Positions 62,419-64,000 of a DNA stretch of 64,000 nt are shown here, piece after piece (the stretch's first letter is position 1; each line of letters starts with the position of its first letter). The notes below the pieces were generated by a model. It did no database searches. It was not told the DNA's origin and worked only from the letters and a program-made list of their open reading frames with translations. Both the position numbers and the translations under genes were made by a program. This stretch comes from Spirochaetia bacterium (lineage in GTDB: Bacteria > Spirochaetota > Spirochaetia > SZUA-6 > Bin103). The DNA lies in the NCBI GenBank assembly GCA_965199955.1, contig CBDATQ010000001.1, positions 2,240,001 to 2,304,000 of the forward strand, written 5' to 3'.

Positions 62419-63177
62419 ATGTCAGGACACAGCAAGTGGCACTCGATACGCCACAAGAAGGGCGCCGCGGACGCGAAGCGCGGCAAGCTCTTCGCCAAGC
62501 TCATCAAGGAAGTGACGGTCGCCGCGCGTCTGGGAGGCTCCGACGAAGACGCGAACCCGCGGCTGCGGCAGGCCGTGCTGAAGGCGCGCGCGGCCAACAT
62601 GCCCGCCGACAACATCGACCGCGCGATCAAGAAGGGCGCCGGGGAGGCAGGCGGCAGCGAGTTCCACGAGTTGCTGTACGAGGCGTACGGTCCCGGCGGC
62701 GTGGCCATGCTGATCGAGATCCTCACCGACAACCGGAACCGCAGCGCCGCGGAGGTCCGCAACACCCTGTCCAAGCACGGCGGAAACCTCGGCGACGCAG
62801 GCTCCGTGTCCTACCTCTTCAAGCGGCGCGGCGTGGTGGCCGTCGATGGCGAGCAGCACTCCGAAGACCAGGTGATGGAGGTCGCGATCGAATCCGGTGC
62901 TCTCGACGTGATCGCCGACGACGGCATCATCGAAGTCCTGACCGAACCTGCCGATTTCGACGTCGTGCTGCAGTCGATCCAGACGGCGGAGTTGGCCACG
63001 ACCGGGGCGGAGATCACTTGGGTGGCCGACGCGCCGCTGGAGCTGCCGCCGAAGCCGGCAACGGCCGCGGTACGGCTGATCGAGCTGATCGAGGACCTGG
63101 ACGACGTGCAGTCGGTGGCCAGCAACCTCGAACTCGGCAACGTCGAGCTCCCGGAGCCCTCACTCGTCGCCGACTGA
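62419..63177 (+). CDS. yebC: YebC/PmpR family protein
   Basis: MSGHSKW, YEAYGPGG, TDNRNR, DDVQSV. Confidence 0.96.
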   Translation: MSGHSKWHSIRHKKGAADAKRGKLFAKLIKEVTVAARLGGSDEDANPRLRQAVLKARAANMPADNIDRAIKKGAGEAGGSEFHELLYEAYGPGGVAMLIEILTDNRNRSAAEVRNTLSKHGGNLGDAGSVSYLFKRRGVVAVDGEQHSEDQVMEVAIESGALDVIADDGIIEVLTEPADFDVVLQSIQTAELATTGAEITWVADAPLELPPKPATAAVRLIELIEDLDDVQSVASNLELGNVELPEPSLVAD

Positions 63178-63180
63178 GCC

Positions 63181-63229
63181 CAGGGCAGCTTCGGCGGCGG
63201 TCAGGGCAGCTTCGGCGGCAGTCAGGGCA
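63181..63229. repeat. 21-bp tandem repeat (two full copies plus a partial) between yebC and ruvC
   Basis: cagggcagcttcggcggcRgt twice, then cagggca. Confidence 0.9.
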
Positions 63230-63232
63230 CAT

Positions 63233-63730
63233 TTGGCGGTAATCCTGGGCATCGATCCCGGACTGGCCGCTACCGGGTACGGGGTGATCCAGGTCGAGGG
63301 CAGCCGCCTGCGCCACCTCGCGCACGGAGCGTTTACCACGGCGCCCGCCCAGGACCGGGGCGGGCGGCTGCTGGCGATTCGCGACGCCTTGGCCGCCGTT
63401 CTCGAGCGGTACCGCCCTGACCAGGCCGGTGTGGAGTCGCTGTTCTTCTCCCGTAATGTGCGCTCGGCACTGCCGGTGGCGGAGGCGCGCGGTGTCATCC
63501 TGATGTGCCTGGCCGACGCAGGGGTGACCGTCGGCGAACACACGCCGCTGCGCGTCAAGCAGGCCATCCTCGGCCACGGCAGCGCCGACAAGCAGCAGAT
63601 GACTGCGATGGTGCGGGTTCTGTTTCAGCTCGGACCTGACGAGCCTCTGCCTCACCACGCGGCTGACGCGCTGGCGGTCGCGGTGTGTCATGCTCACTCC
63701 TCACCCTTGGACGAGCGAGCACCCGAGTAG
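63233..63730 (+). CDS. ruvC: Holliday junction resolvase
   Basis: ILGIDPG..TGYG, ESLFF, ADALAVA. Confidence 0.95.
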   Translation: MAVILGIDPGLAATGYGVIQVEGSRLRHLAHGAFTTAPAQDRGGRLLAIRDALAAVLERYRPDQAGVESLFFSRNVRSALPVAEARGVILMCLADAGVTVGEHTPLRVKQAILGHGSADKQQMTAMVRVLFQLGPDEPLPHHAADALAVAVCHAHSSPLDERAPE

Positions 63731-64000
63731 ATGTACAACAGCCTGACGGGCACGGTCACCTTCAAGGACCGCGAGCGGCTGTACCTGACGCTGGCAGGGG
63801 TCGAGTGGGACCTCGCCATCTCCGGCAGCACCGCGGACGCGCTGCCCGAGGCGGGCTTCGAAGCGAAAGTGTTCACTTTTATGCACCATCGCGAAGACGT
63901 CATGAAGCTCTACGGCTTCGCGTCCGCGGCCGAGCGGGAGCTGTTCCTCAAGCTCATGCAGGTCAACGGCGTCGGACCCCGCCTGATCACGAAGATGCTG
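63731..64000 (+). CDS. ruvA: RuvA, 3'-truncated by the window edge
   Basis: MYNSLTG..HREDVMKLYGF..ERELFLKLMQVNGVGPR. Confidence 0.93.
   Translation, partial: MYNSLTGTVTFKDRERLYLTLAGVEWDLAISGSTADALPEAGFEAKVFTFMHHREDVMKLYGFASAAERELFLKLMQVNGVGPRLITKML

Noticed and set aside
63181..63229. CRISPR array
   Set aside because: Head-to-tail 21-bp units with no unique spacers and no cas genes.

Overview
High-GC (roughly 70% by eye) bacterial chromosome segment, probably Spirochaetota. This is an inference from the tmRNA tag ANNNLALAA, the PEGA/FGE-sulfatase gene fused in operon with smpB opposite lepB, and a cyclophilin-FKBP fusion. Core content: a complete V/A-type ATPase operon (H-I-K-E-C-F-A-B-D, Na+-type K subunit), ddl, tRNA-Glu(CTC), tmRNA with smpB, lepB and yebC-ruvC-ruvA. 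Accessory content: three molybdo-hydroxylase loci (an orphan large subunit, a coxG-S-M-D-E cluster with no coxL, and a complete M-S-L operon with a MoaD-like gene), crtI-crtB with an uncharacterised His-rich membrane protein, vapBC, an ECF sigma/zinc anti-sigma pair, and many oxidoreductases and transporters. Decayed mobile DNA: a truncated HNH gene behind a structured three-way-junction leader, and an eroded phage-satellite-like element at tRNA-Glu (terminase and capsid fragments, IS256, tyrosine integrase). Other oddities: short tandem duplications pinned to gene boundaries, an Ala-acceptor-like microhelix just upstream of tmRNA, a dispersed ~55-bp intergenic repeat, and many pseudogenes or frameshifts. 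No CRISPR array, reverse transcriptase or rRNA was seen. Family calls come from motif recognition, not database searches.
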